From Cenococcum geophilum (taxonomy: Eukaryota), in contig CP158636.1 in assembly GCA_050273025.1 (NCBI GenBank), positions 1,116,001-1,180,000 of the forward strand: a stretch of 64,000 nucleotides of DNA. Direction: 5' to 3'. The position numbers were made by a program, and so were the translations under genes. This document shows positions 23,201 to 39,100 of the stretch, in pieces. Under the pieces are notes generated by a model that was not told where the DNA came from, made no database searches, and saw nothing but the letters and a program-made list of their open reading frames with translations. Position 1 is the first letter of the stretch. Every line of letters starts with the position of its first letter.

Positions 23201-24530
23201 GCGTCTGATTCGTAAGCTACTCCGACCCTTGGAAAGGTTCTTTAAGTCAAATTGTCTTGTCCGTTCCGTGTGCATCGGTTGGGCCTTTCCATCATTCCGT
23301 CTGCTTACCTACCCATAGTTTATTCCATTAGATGCAAGAAACATCATTACACGCAAACTTTTACTCACTACAATGGCCTGAAACTCCAAGGATTCACCTA
23401 GATTCCACTTGCGTCGTTGTAGCGCGAAAATATGAACACACAGGAGACTACTTTATTAACAAGCGTTAATCACGGATGAAAAATAACGCCGTTTCATTTC
23501 TCTAAGTTTTCTATACTAATTCTTCTTGTCAACAATTGGGATCACCCTTCAATTTCCAATGCCTCGTTCGGGAATGGTTCTGAGAAGAAACTGAGACAGC
23601 AATAGTCTTTATCACGAGAACGCTGCTTTATTTCACTACCATAACCCTCATGAATGCTGTGATTGGGATCTTCATGCCTGACCAAGAACAAGCAGGTTAC
23701 AATTTTCTCCAAGCAGGGCTATCCTGACATAAAACATTTCCAACTTTGCTTGGCATGGGCAACCGTGGGATCCGCACAAACTTGTTATAGAGTGTATCCA
23801 TAGCCAGATGCTAACCGTCTAGTCATATAGAAAAAGGCCAATACGTAAGAGACTGTTCCAAACTATTCAGTAATAAACTTTCCCTAGTGGAATTGGAGCG
23901 AACAGAGGTCGCATAGAGGTATAATGGAAGGGTGGAAACTCCAATACGCACTTATAGGAGAGCACATCACATGGAGGCAAGAACTTCGTCGTTCCTTTCC
24001 TATTCCGAAGTAATTGTAACGGTTCCTGTTTATCTGGTTACTAGTTTTATTAATGATAGCGATGAGACAAAACTGATCTGACCATTACGTATCCAGTTGT
24101 AATATTAAGTATCCAGACTTGAATCAGAATCATCTGCATAATGGCACTGCGTTAAAGCGAAGCCACCATGAACTTTAACTTTTCGAAAAGCCTTGGAGCA
24201 AAGGCATTGTTAGTCAGCAGTCTAGTTGCGCTAACCGGAAGAAGCCGGGATCGCGAAAGCGACTCTAGATTTTTGAGCAGCAGGTCCCCACTCTCATCGT
24301 CACTTCCAATCACCGACCCACCATCGCCAACAATTTGACATCTATTTCCGCATACATCCATTCTCACTTCCTCTTATGCTGCTGGGCGTGTGAGTAAACT
24401 GTGAGGTCTCAGGGAGGAAGGGTACATGCTGGTTCGGCTTCTTGACAAGCCTCCTCCATTTGGTCGAAACGCACGCTAACACGCTTTTCCATCATCACTC
24501 GTAGGGGTTTCCTGAGGCTACAGCCATTTC

Positions 24531-27460
<2,930 letters not shown>

Positions 27461-27998
27461 AAGGTCAAAAGTATATTCTCTTAGCGGCAACACTCACTGT
27501 CGAGTTCACATCTATATAGTACATTTAATATTTTGGGTAAGATACCCATTTGGTATTCAAATCGTAGAGAGTTAGAATGGCAATTGGCGCATTGCTAGAA
27601 TATTGGCTTACTTAAGATACTTATTATTGGTTCCTAGACCATGATTAACTGTGAGAGACAGGAGGTGGAAGGCTGGAGGCCAGAGGCCGCATTGATGATG
27701 TATCGATGGAAGGTTGGATGGTTAGCAGGAATTCTGGTCATCTCAGTATCGAGATAGGGCATATCCTGTAACTACATAATACAGTATCGAAGAATTCCGG
27801 TTGAGGCAGCCAAATTTCCATGATGAACATAAGTCAAAATGTGCTTCCATGAACTCTTCTCTTCCGACCGAACTGTAGAGCGCTCAGGCCAGCTGAGACG
27901 TTTTTGCGTTCAATTTGCCAAGCCTCTTTGTTGTGAAAAGGTGTCTCCAGAGGCTACTCCTAACCACAAATCAGAACCAAGGAATATCCCACTTCTCG

Positions 27999-29573
27999 AT
28001 GTCAATGTCAGCCGTCAAATGCCAAAAATGCGTGATAGAGCTCCTAGAAAAAGGTAATTCGAAGCGGGCACGGAAAATTATCATCTCCTCTAACTTCGGC
28101 CTAGGCAGCGGTGCATGGCGCGTGAAGAACACGAGTTTGACAGACCTAGAACAAGAGGTATATCACCCGTATCTAAGCATATTATACCCATCTTACCGTG
28201 CTTAGATTGGCTCTCTGCATAAAGTGTGTGTCATGTACGTGACTTGAGGTCTTAACAAAAGCGGCATTGAGATTAACGACGCTTTAGCTTCGCGCATACG
28301 GAGCAATTGATAGAATGCCAGGAATGCCGCTCAAGGCTCTCAAAGCTCTTTGAGATCTCATCCAGCTTCTGGAAGACCTACTGCCAGCGATCTAATGGGT
28401 ATTTTCGCAGCGAAGACAGCTATGAGGGAGACAACATCAGTGGTTATAGTATACATTAGCAGCAATAGTTTATTACTATCATGAACTAAGCAGGCTCAGA
28501 TACCTGGTGTCGATTTCAGGTGAAAAGAATCCTAGAGAATCCAGGATTCGATAAGAAAGACTACGCCTGGTTTGATATAACAATTATCACCAGATGGATG
28601 CAAACAGGCCAGAACATCATCATCAGTTTTGACACCCCTGCAGCTCTCCGGATACATTTCCCTTACCCCCTACTAGAAGACGTAGACGAATGCTCCATTC
28701 ACGATCCATACTGGGTCCACCTCAGGCTTCTTGAGGAGCTGGTAGTCGAACATGATAAGTCCGTATGGTCCATTCGTAATCTTGTGAGGGAAACAGAAAC
28801 ATTACGTAGTGAAGTAGCCAAGGTGCGTAGTATTCCTTGATGCAAGACAACGCTAACAAAATAGACTCGAAAGTCTTTCTCGCAGCCTCCAAGTCCTGAT
28901 TACCTACGCCTTCACGAGATAGCAAGACATGCTGGCCATTCAACGGAGACCTTGGGCGTAGCCGTGCAGATTGTAGAGACCATGATTACGCAGCACACCC
29001 TCCTTATTCAAGGGAGTGCATCAATGGACTCGGGAGCGCGCAGGATAAATCGCCAAACTAGCAAACAACTCTTTTTCTATTCTCAGATGCTGCAAGGCCT
29101 TAAGGCCCGGTCAGAGGCAAATAGAGAACGTCTGCAGAACGAGATCACTCTGGTCAGCCACTCATCCTGCACACGTAATTAGTTAACTTTGCGCTGATCC
29201 TTAGAAGGCTTTCAACACCGTTGCACAATTCGATAGCGGGGTCTCCGTGCAGATAGGCCAGGCAGCGCAAAGCGACAGCGCGGCAATGAAGACGATCGCG
29301 TTCTTGACGCTGGCATTCCTGCCCGCAACTTTCATCTGTGTAAGTCGTTCAAGCAGGTGAGCTGTAAGATTAGATGCTGATCCATCGTAGGCTGTTTTCA
29401 GCATGACTTTCTTCAGCTTTACCCCAGGCGACTCAGGACAACCGCCGAAGTGGTCCGTTTCGGATAAGATATGGATATACTGGGTCGTGGCGGCGCCGCT
29501 AACGGGTATTACAATAACCCTATGGGTTGTGTGGCAGCGGTATTTTCCGGTGAAGCCCATTGGGGCTAGTTAA
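27999..29573 (+). CDS. Fungal CorA-like transmembrane-domain protein, multi-exon
   Basis: The spliced reading gives FW...SNGYF, DKSVWSIRNLVR, LHEIARH, RLQNEITL|AFN, DSAAMKTIAFLTLAFLPATFI|AVFSMTFF and IWIYWVVAAPLT, the two-TM CorA-type C-terminus. Confidence 0.85.
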
Positions 29574-29789
29574 AAGTTATGGTGTTACAATTGGGAACGT
29601 GTGGTGTATGAATGTGCTGATCTGAAATTGGCTGTGCAGACTTGAAAATGGAAAGCTCATGAATGCCAGAGAGAGCCGGCATGCTTCTGCGAATAAGAAC
29701 TTAGTTTCGCGTAGTTTAATCTGCGCGATTAACACACGCTTTTAACCGGGTGCGCTAAGGTGGTATACACGCGCCTGCGAGTTATTATA

Positions 29790-29830
29790 TAGATTGGCGT
29801 TGTACTAAGCTTAGATTGGCGTTATACTAA
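29790..29830. repeat. ~22-bp minisatellite (TAGATTGGCGTTGTACTAAGCT) split by the Harbinger-type insertion; it resumes at 42344
   Basis: Two units lie left of the insertion. TAAGCTAGATTGGCGTTAC follows immediately on the right. Confidence 0.7.
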
Positions 29831-30185
29831 GGGGCCGTTGGGTTGTAACTTCAGAATCAATCTGGAGGCTCCAGAATATAGCCGATCTGAAGCTCAAATC
29901 TGATTCTGATGCAATCGTTCGGTAGAGCTGACAACTTTCTAATCTAAAGCTCCTTCAGGTCGACAACCGCCGTCAAATTTACAAGCTAAACCGTATACAG
30001 TAGTTGAAATGAGGTTCCTAGCGCCAGATTGAAAAGGAGCTCCAAGCTCTTGATTCAGAAATCAGATCAATCTGGAGCTCTCGCATACGCGCCCGACTGA
30101 CGACTTTTGGTGATATGGCGACTCTACCCACCCTGATCGCGATACCGCCCTCTATGATGTTATAATATTTAATTCTTGTGCATAG

Positions 30186-33100
30186 TGATGAACTGGATCT
30201 GAGGATAAAAGAATGAATGAATCTATCGAATCTAACTACAAGGAATATGGGCCTTAATATAGGCCTATATCTACGGGGTCCGGGGTGACTACTACGGATA
30301 CCGAAGTGGTTGCTGCGGAGACCGAACAAGAAGGGACTCTGCTTATGTAAGCAGGAAACGCATGTGGAGGACTCCTCTAGTACTATTATTATACCCCCTA
30401 GTGCTCCACCAAAATAGAAGCAGATTCTTCCTAAATTAGTATTAAACTTGTTTATATATAAAAGAAACACCTCGTAATCCTCTGAGTGTCCTATAGGTCC
30501 TATTTAACCTCTCCCTAAGCTATAATCGATTACCTGTCACGAGCTCTCTATATCGTTCCCATCCCCCATTTAAAAGTTGTCAGTATTGGTTAGAGTCGTC
30601 GAATGGCGTATCCTCTGAGGTTTTGCCGACCTGTGTATGATTTCCTACTTAGGTTTAGTGTCTATGTCGCATTAAATGAGGCCTAGCTGCTTAACAAAGT
30701 TCCTGAACTAAGTCATCAATAGTGGCTTCGTAAGACCGTCTGCTACTATACTGCTTATAGGAACGTACTGTAGGTAGATTACGCCGCTTTAAACCTTGTT
30801 ACAAATATAGTGCTAGTATAGCTTAAAGTGCTTAGTGCGCGCGTGGTAGTTGTTGCTTTTAGCAAGGCTAATAGCTAGTTAATTGTCGCCATATAAATGT
30901 ATTGGTAGTAGATCCTTTTTAGTATAGCCTAAATTAGTAAGCAATTAACGGAGCTATAAGGCTTCCTTAGCCGTATGCGTTATCGCTATATACTTAGCCT
31001 CTGTAGTAGAGGTTGTAAGAATTAACTGCTTACTTGATTTGTGTGAAACTGGGCTACCCGCTAGCTTATAGATATAGCCAGAAGTTAACTTTTTGTTAAC
31101 TGTATCTGCGAACGCTGTATTGCTATAGCCGTGTAGTTATAGGTTAGGTATATTACCTAGTGCGCTTCCGCTATACTCCCTATTATAATTAGGGGTAGTA
31201 TGGTCTGTAGCTAACGCCTTAGTAAAGGCTTTTGGAGGTAGCTGCTGCCCTTAGGGTAAGACGAACTCTATGCCTAAGTTGATCGTCCCTATATAGTAGG
31301 CGAGTATCTACATCGCGGCGTCTATATATAGCTTAGTAGGGTTATATAGGAACTAATAGAGCTTTCCTATAGCCTAGGCTATATTGGGCTAAGTCCAATT
31401 GCATGGATATAGTAGAGAGCCTATTAGTGATTAATACCGTTTTACCAGCTCTAGCGGAGCTTAATCCTTAAGCTCGCGTGGCTTAAAGTCTACTATAGAT
31501 AGGTGGATTGGTGTAGAGGCTGGTGTGTAGTCTTCTATATGGAACGTATATAGGATCTTCCTAATATAGGCGTCCTGTACTAGTTGAATTAATCGCGCCT
31601 GGCGGTTTCTTATAATTTAAATACCTAGGTAGTATGTAATTGGGCCTAAGTCTCTTACTTTATACTTATTCCTAAGTGCTTCTTTAAGCAGTTTAATTGT
31701 CCGTATATCTTGTTTAATTAAGATAAGATTATTAACGTAGATAATGATTGTTGGAAATATAGGGTGACTTACCAATAACGACTACTTGAGTAGGGTTACA
31801 GTGATATTGGTTGATTCTTATTGATAGGAATGAGGAAAGGGGTAAGGAACTTAAGGTTCCTTACCACGCTAGGGCCACGTTGACACGTGACGGTAATATG
31901 CTTCATGCGACGGCAACTTGCCTTATTCCCGACACTAGCAACTCTTCTTTTTATGGTTGCTATATATATATATATAAATAGATAGTATATAATAATACCA
32001 GACAATATGCAATAAAACTAGATAATATGTAACAAAACCAGACGATATATAATAATGCGGCAGTTAGTAGAATTTAGTGGATAACGCGAAGACGGGTGGG
32101 CCGCTAAGACGCTAGTAGTAAGCGAGCTAATGGCGATTTTCTATGCCGGGTATGGAAAATCCTAATTAGTTGGCAGAAGTCCACACCGCCACCTAAATTA
32201 ATTAGGTGTGGCGCTCTTGGCAAGGATCTAACTAATTAGATAACTTTAACCGGCGGTTAAAGTTTTATAAGATCTTAACTTCTTTAAATTTCCCTCTTAA
32301 CCTAACCTTTAACTTATATATGTAGAGTATTTATATTAACAAACGTCTCTAGTGCCTTGTTTGGGTTTGCCTTTATTATTACATCTACTAGGTTATTTTA
32401 GCTATTAATTTATTAGATTTTAAAGAGTTTTTAACGCTTATAGGACTGCCGAAGTGCCATAATATCAATTATAAGACGCTTCTCCTTTATAGTACTAAGC
32501 TTAATTAAACACTCGTAGAGGGAATATAAGTCGGTATATACGATTATAGGGATAGCGGGAAGTTTAAGCCGGTCTGTAATTATCTTAAGGGTAGTTCTAA
32601 TTGCAATTGCTATATTAACTCCGCTAACTATTTTATATATCTTTAATACTAGAACACTTTAAGTAACGCGTTTACTCTTAGTTAAGCTCTAATAAATAAA
32701 GTTGCCGTAGATTGTAAAGTTATTCTCTCCGGTAGATTTGTTTATAATAATAATTTTATATCCTAGCTAGAAGCTAAAATCTTTATTATTTATAAACGAT
32801 CTATTAACGAATACGAAGAGCTTAGCGGTAGGAAGGTTAATAGGCACGTAGAGTAGTCCCCTGTTGAGATGGTTTATTTGCTAGAAAAGACGCTTATTTA
32901 GGGCAAGAACGTTATCCTTAGTTAGTTCCTGGTGTTAAGTGGCAATAGAGAGATTAAAGGAAGCCTTGGGTTAATAGATAGAAGCTATATAAGCTCCGCG
33001 AGCGCGTTGCTCTATATATCCTTGCTTTAGAGAATTAACGTTAATAACGTTAATCTTCTTGCTTTAACCTTTCTGGCGTAGAGCAATAGAGCCCTTATTT

Positions 33101-36100
33101 AGGGAGAGGATATATCTATTAAAGAGTAATAGTATTGCTAAGTTAAGTCTTTCCTTTAGCTTTGTTATAAGGTTTGCCTTTACTAGCTTATCTTCTTTAA
33201 GAGCTAAGAATTGGTTATTTTCTAAAATAATTGTATCGTCTATTTATATGCTAATAATTCCGAATAGAGTTTCTATAGTTGTAATAAGGAAGCAGGGATT
33301 AAATATAGAAGTAGTTATTAAAAGCTTCTCCTTATAGTGCTTGCTGTAGGTAGCCCACTAATAAGTTCCTGCCTCTGTAATTTTATATAATGGCTTAAGT
33401 ACGACCATAATTATATCCTTAGGATATTAGTGGCGAATTTGCTCTGGAAGGTATGCTAGTATTAAGCGCTAAAGGCGCGTCTCTAATTGGGTATAGGCCT
33501 AAGTAATGTCTTATAGGTAAACCGCTATCCTATTCTTTATTAAGGAGGGAGCTAGTATAATAATGACTTGTTAACTAGCTTGTTAAATTATAGGGAATTA
33601 CGTAAGAATTACTTCCTTACTATTATTATTATAACCTTAAATAACTAGCCTTAACTTCTTAAATGGGGTATTAATAGCTTTGCCTTTAATCTTATTAACT
33701 ATTCTTAACTTAAATATGCGGACTCTATCGAACTTAGTAGGGTTATATTTCTTGAATTTAAAGACTCCTCTTATAATAAGACCGTCGATCTCCTGCTTAT
33801 TAGATGCTTAGAAAGGAGCTCCTAAAGTTATAATGCGGCCTTCCTTTTAGAGCTGTTTTACAAGTTTAAAGTTAGCCTTTTCTTTAGCTGTTATAAAGGC
33901 TATTAATAGTTTATCTCTATTCTTAATAGCGGTAATAAATTGCTCTTTAAAATTAACAAAATGTTAGCAATTTCGTGATCCCTTTAGGCGACCTCTACCG
34001 CGTTGTAGTTGCGGTACGTCTACTATAATTATATTAGAATCGCCTTCGCCTTCTAAAGCATATTAATCGTGGTTCTTCTTTAGGGTATCCTTTGGGGCAT
34101 TCTATAAAGGCTTAGAGCTGTTATCCCTATAGTAGGGCTTAATAACGGTTAAGTGGAATTAAGTAGGTCTATAGGGCATCTAAAGAGTACAAGTTTGACT
34201 ATTAATTGTAATGAGTTTATATGGGCCTAACTATCCTCCCTTTTTACGCTATACGCGTACCTCTAATTAGAGTGGCAGATTAAGTATAGTTAAGGTATTT
34301 AGGCCATTTCTTATTCCTAGTGCGTTGTTAACCTAACGCGTAGCGTAGAGACGTTGCACCTCCTTCGTTGCCTTATAAATAGCCTTAGCTTATTATATAA
34401 TGGAGGGAGATAGTAGAGAATTATTAGTTATTTAAGGGTAGGCGCTAAAGACTAATAATGTAGGTACGAGCCTATCTGGGCCAGCGGTATCGTTAATAGC
34501 CTTAACAGCTATCTATAGGATAAGCTCTTCGCTAGCACCCTCTAGTTCTAAAGAAATAATCTTATATGCGCGGCGTAATGGCGTATAATATTGTTCTACT
34601 TTTTTAATACTATTATGTGCCTTAACGGGGACTTCCTTAACCTTAATTGTTATTGCCTTTACCTATTATTAAAACTCTATAGATAAAAAGTTCTTTCCTA
34701 TATTATAAACGATTTAATTAGGGGGTCCTAGGTAGATATTAATCTAGTATAATTAAAGAGTATCCTATGCGTTTTTAGCTGATATATCTTTTAAAAAGCG
34801 TACGGCTTAGAAGGAGGTTAAGAAGTTAATAACTTGGAGTACTGGCTTGCCGCTAAGATATATAACATCTATAATAATGCAGAAGTTAAAGTTGTAGTTA
34901 TTTTTAAGAGTAAACTTAAATCGGCTAGGGGACTTCTAGTTTATTTAGCAGTGGTGGCAGTACTTTATAAGATATTTAATTACCTTAACCTTGACTTTAT
35001 AACCTGCTCGCTAAAGGACCCTAAGTAATTAGTGAATAGATAGGTGGCTAAAACGATAATATAGTTAACGTAACTCTAACTTGGTTAGGTGGCTCTAAGT
35101 AACGCTCCTTTTTGGCTGTTAAAGGAGCAACTAAGGGTGACCCTATTTACGTATAACGGGCACCCAATTATCTCCCTGGATAAGTATATTCTTAAGGTTG
35201 TTAAGCTTAATACCTAATTTATTTATATTTTGGATGCAGAATAGGAATAGGGTGTTTATAGGGATAATGTGGAAAGTAATATATCCTAACGGGGTTTAGA
35301 CCTTAATTGTGCTAAGAGAGATTATAGTACCCTTACTAAAGCGAATTGTATATTGGCCTACTGTTAATTAGTTAATTTAAATAGAGCTATTAAGCTGCTA
35401 AAGAGCTTAAACTTAAGGCTCTCCTACTATAGATACTCCTGCGGCTCTAGTATCTAGCATAATATTATAGAAGACGTTTACCGAGTATCTATTGTTAAAG
35501 GAGAACGCGGAACTTTCCTTTAGCTTATTAAAGATATCTAACTTTGTAATAGAATGGAGCGTAGATTAGTTATTAAGGATAGCGACGGTTTATGTACTAT
35601 TTACCTTACTATACTTAGTAAAGTATTAGTTAGGAGAGTAGTCCTTAATTTCTATATCTATAAGGAGCTATTCGGCCTTGTTAACCTTACCCTTAAGATC
35701 TTTTTCGCCTTTATATTAAACTAGGAAGTTTTGGAAGTAGGCTATAGTAACCTCTTAGTTTCCAACGTTTTGTGCGCTCTAGTAAAACCTATTATATACC
35801 TCCTTTTGTTTATTAAGAGGGTGTCTAGTTAACTAGCAATTTGGCTTCTTATAAACATAGCACTTCTTCTAATAATTGCTCTAAAGTGAACCTCTATAAG
35901 GACCTCTATGATTGCCTTATAGTTAACATTAATTATACCCTTTACTGTATCCCCTACTACGTCTACTATATGTTTGATTAGTCTAGTTATAATTATATTA
36001 GTTAGCCGGGTTAATTAAGGTAGGTTAAAGTTAGGCGTTAAATTGCTATACTTCTTAAGAGCGTAGAGCGGTGCTAATAGAGGATCTTAATTAAGTATAT

Positions 36101-39100
36101 ACTCCTTTGTAAGTACTTATAGGGTTAAAGAGAGTAAGATTATATTTTTTGATACCTTGGTATACGCTAATAACTTAATCGCGTAGGCTAAGGTCTTCTT
36201 AATATAATTCGGATAAACCATACTAAATTATCTAAAGTTAATTGAAGAGCTTTTAAAGATAATTAAGCTAAGAGACACCTGGGTTCGTAGTAATAATTTT
36301 TAGAAAGGTAGTCTCTCTTTACTCTAATATATATTGCTGCTTATTCTCTTCTATTTTAAAGTAGCATCTTATCTTATATATTATTTGGTTAAAATCATAT
36401 CTTTTTCCTACTAAACGATTATAATAGAAGGTACTGGCGCGGCCCTTAAGCATAACGGAATAGACGTTGTAATATTGGTTAGGTTTTAGTCTAACCTTCT
36501 AGTAATAGTTATAGAAGATACGCAGCTTTAAATTAAGGATGTTATATAGTTCCCTGCTAAACTTCTTCTCCTAGTCTATATAGAGCTTTATAAGCTCTAT
36601 AAGCATTTTTAAGGTGCCTTTAAGTAGTGTTAGACCACGTTAAAATTGCATTAGAGATTAAGGTGGGAATTGCTTTATAGGCTGCAGTAAAGATATAAGG
36701 CTTAGTGGAATACGGCGTGGTACCTAATCTTCCTATAGTAGAGTTTAAAGGTTATTAAATCGCGAAGCAAGGGGATCTTGCGCTTGCTCTTAAGGAGTAG
36801 TAGTTAACGTTGCTGGTTAAATTAGTGGATCCTAGGGAGCTAGAGATAGAGGTGGAAGCGATGGATATGGAACGTAAGAACTTATACCTAGAGCAATAGA
36901 ATTAGAGCGCGTCTCTATTAGCGTATTATTTGGATTCTATCGTAAGTTAAGCTTCCTCTTAGTGCGTAGTTGGTGCTTAACCTCTTGTGGAGTCTATTCG
37001 TGCTCTTCTTTTACGTTAATAACTTACTCCTAGATATTGTCTCTAATGGCACCCCTATCTATAGGGACAAATACTCTATTCTCCTAAAGGAAGTTACAGA
37101 AGTCTTATATAACGTCCTTCTTCGCGAGAGCCTATATTTCCTTTATCTATCTAATAAAGTCCTCCTTTATATAACACTATAGCTCGGTATTGTTATATTT
37201 GCTATCTATATAGTATACTATACAGTATACTAAGAATCCGTTTAGGTCCTGTTCCTTAGCGTTTATAGGGTTAATATCTATGTCCTATATCTCCAGGTTA
37301 ATGCTTTTCTTATACTTCTTTGGGTAGGTTAACGCCATAGTAGGTATAAAATTAACGGGGTGTCGTACGTTAAAGGTAGGTAGGGTTTTTGGCTTTATAG
37401 AATCTCGTAGGTTTGCTATTAAAAGGTAGGCAATTAAGATATTATTGACGCGTTTTAGACGTTGACTTTGGGACCGTAGGTTTAATAATACTTCTAACCT
37501 AAAGTACTTAACTAAATCTTCGTATGCGTAGTTGTTTAACGCGTTTTAGACGTTAATTTTAGGACCGTAGGTTTAGTAATACTTCTAACCTAAAGTACTT
37601 AACCAAATCTTTATAAACGTGGTTGTTCTGCGTAATAGACGCAACTTAGTATCTCCTAGTACTTAGTAATACTTCTGTTACTAGTTTTCCGCAAGTCTAA
37701 GGTAGCATAGTATCGCCGGGATCCATTCCATATAAGCGCATATGGCACCTCTATACGAGACTGTCTCTTCTATTCAAAAACCTAGCTGCTCTATAGTTGA
37801 CTGTGTATTTAACCACTAATTAGTATTGGAAATACAGGGTGACTTACTAATAACGACTACTTAAGTAGGGTTATAGTGATATTGGTTAATTCTTATTGAT
37901 AGGAATAAGGAAAGGGGTAAGGAACTTAAGGTTCCTTACCACGCTAGGGCCACGTCGACACGTGACGGCAATATGCTTTATGCGACGGCAACTTGCCTTA
38001 TTCCCGACAATGATAATTTAGCCGCTTTGCTGGCTGACAAAGACGTATAGGTTAGCTAGAATTGGTATATATTTAAGGGTGATAAGGAAGCTCTTAAGCT
38101 CCTTATACTAAAGATATGGCGCTTACTTAAGACTGTAGAGAGCCTTAAGCAGTAGGCCTATAAGAGTAACGCCGTCCTTTTAATACTAGCGGTATCCTTC
38201 TGGTAGCTGAATATAGATATTCTTACGGTCAAGCTTCCCATTAAGGAAGGCCGTGATTACGTCTAAGTGCTTACACTCTAGATTGTATACAGCAACTAGG
38301 GCCATCAGTAGCTTAAATATACTAGGTTAAATGACGCTTGCGAATATATCGCCATAGTCAATTCCTAGGCGCTGCTTATTACCGCGTAATACTAGCCATG
38401 CTTTTTATCTAAATAGGACGTTGTTCTTATTAAATTTGTATATAAAGACCTATTTAATAGGTAGAGCCTTAGCTCTAGGTGGAAGTTCGACGATCTTAAA
38501 TAAGATATTTATTATTTGAGACTCCTATTCCTTATCCACCGTAGCCTTCCACTCCTTCTTAAATATTAAATTTATGGCTTCCTTCTAGTTCTATAGCTCT
38601 AGAGGTAGTCCTTTAATTATCCTTATTTACTAAGGCTGTAATAGAGCACTTATAAATGTATAGGCGAAGGACGGGGTAAGGTAGGTGGCCTTTATAGCCA
38701 GCTCCTTCCTTCTAGTTCTATAGAGTACGCTATAGTTAAGCCGTAGCTTTAACTATATATAAGTATTCGCTATAGGTTTAGGTTTATTATCTAAGTACTT
38801 AGGCAGAATCTGCTTTAGATCCTCCTAGTAGATATCCCTTAGGGGAGTTACTTCCTAACGGAGGTGTCCTCCTAGATTAGGTAGCTCTTGCTAGTTAAGA
38901 CCTGCCTGTTCTTTGTTAGTGAGGGGAGGTTGATTAAGCTGTGGTGCGATATCGTGATTGTTAGAGGCACCCCCCGACTGAGAGTTACCCCCCAACTAAG
39001 AGGCCTAAGAGACCTTATCTGCCTCCTGCGGTGACTGAGAAGCCTTACTTCCTTCCTACAGTGACCGAGAGACCTCCGGTGTAGTGTCTTTGGTAGGAAG

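Noticed and set aside
20400..24400. ~4 kb between the divergent Zn2Cys6 and prp4 genes with many short ORFs
   Set aside because: No motif, splice pattern, repeat or RNA structure that I could support. Treated as intergenic or UTR.
30018..30470. 150-aa ORF, with a similar 98-aa ORF at 41754-42050
   Set aside because: Both are chance translations of the same LTR sequence of Copia A.
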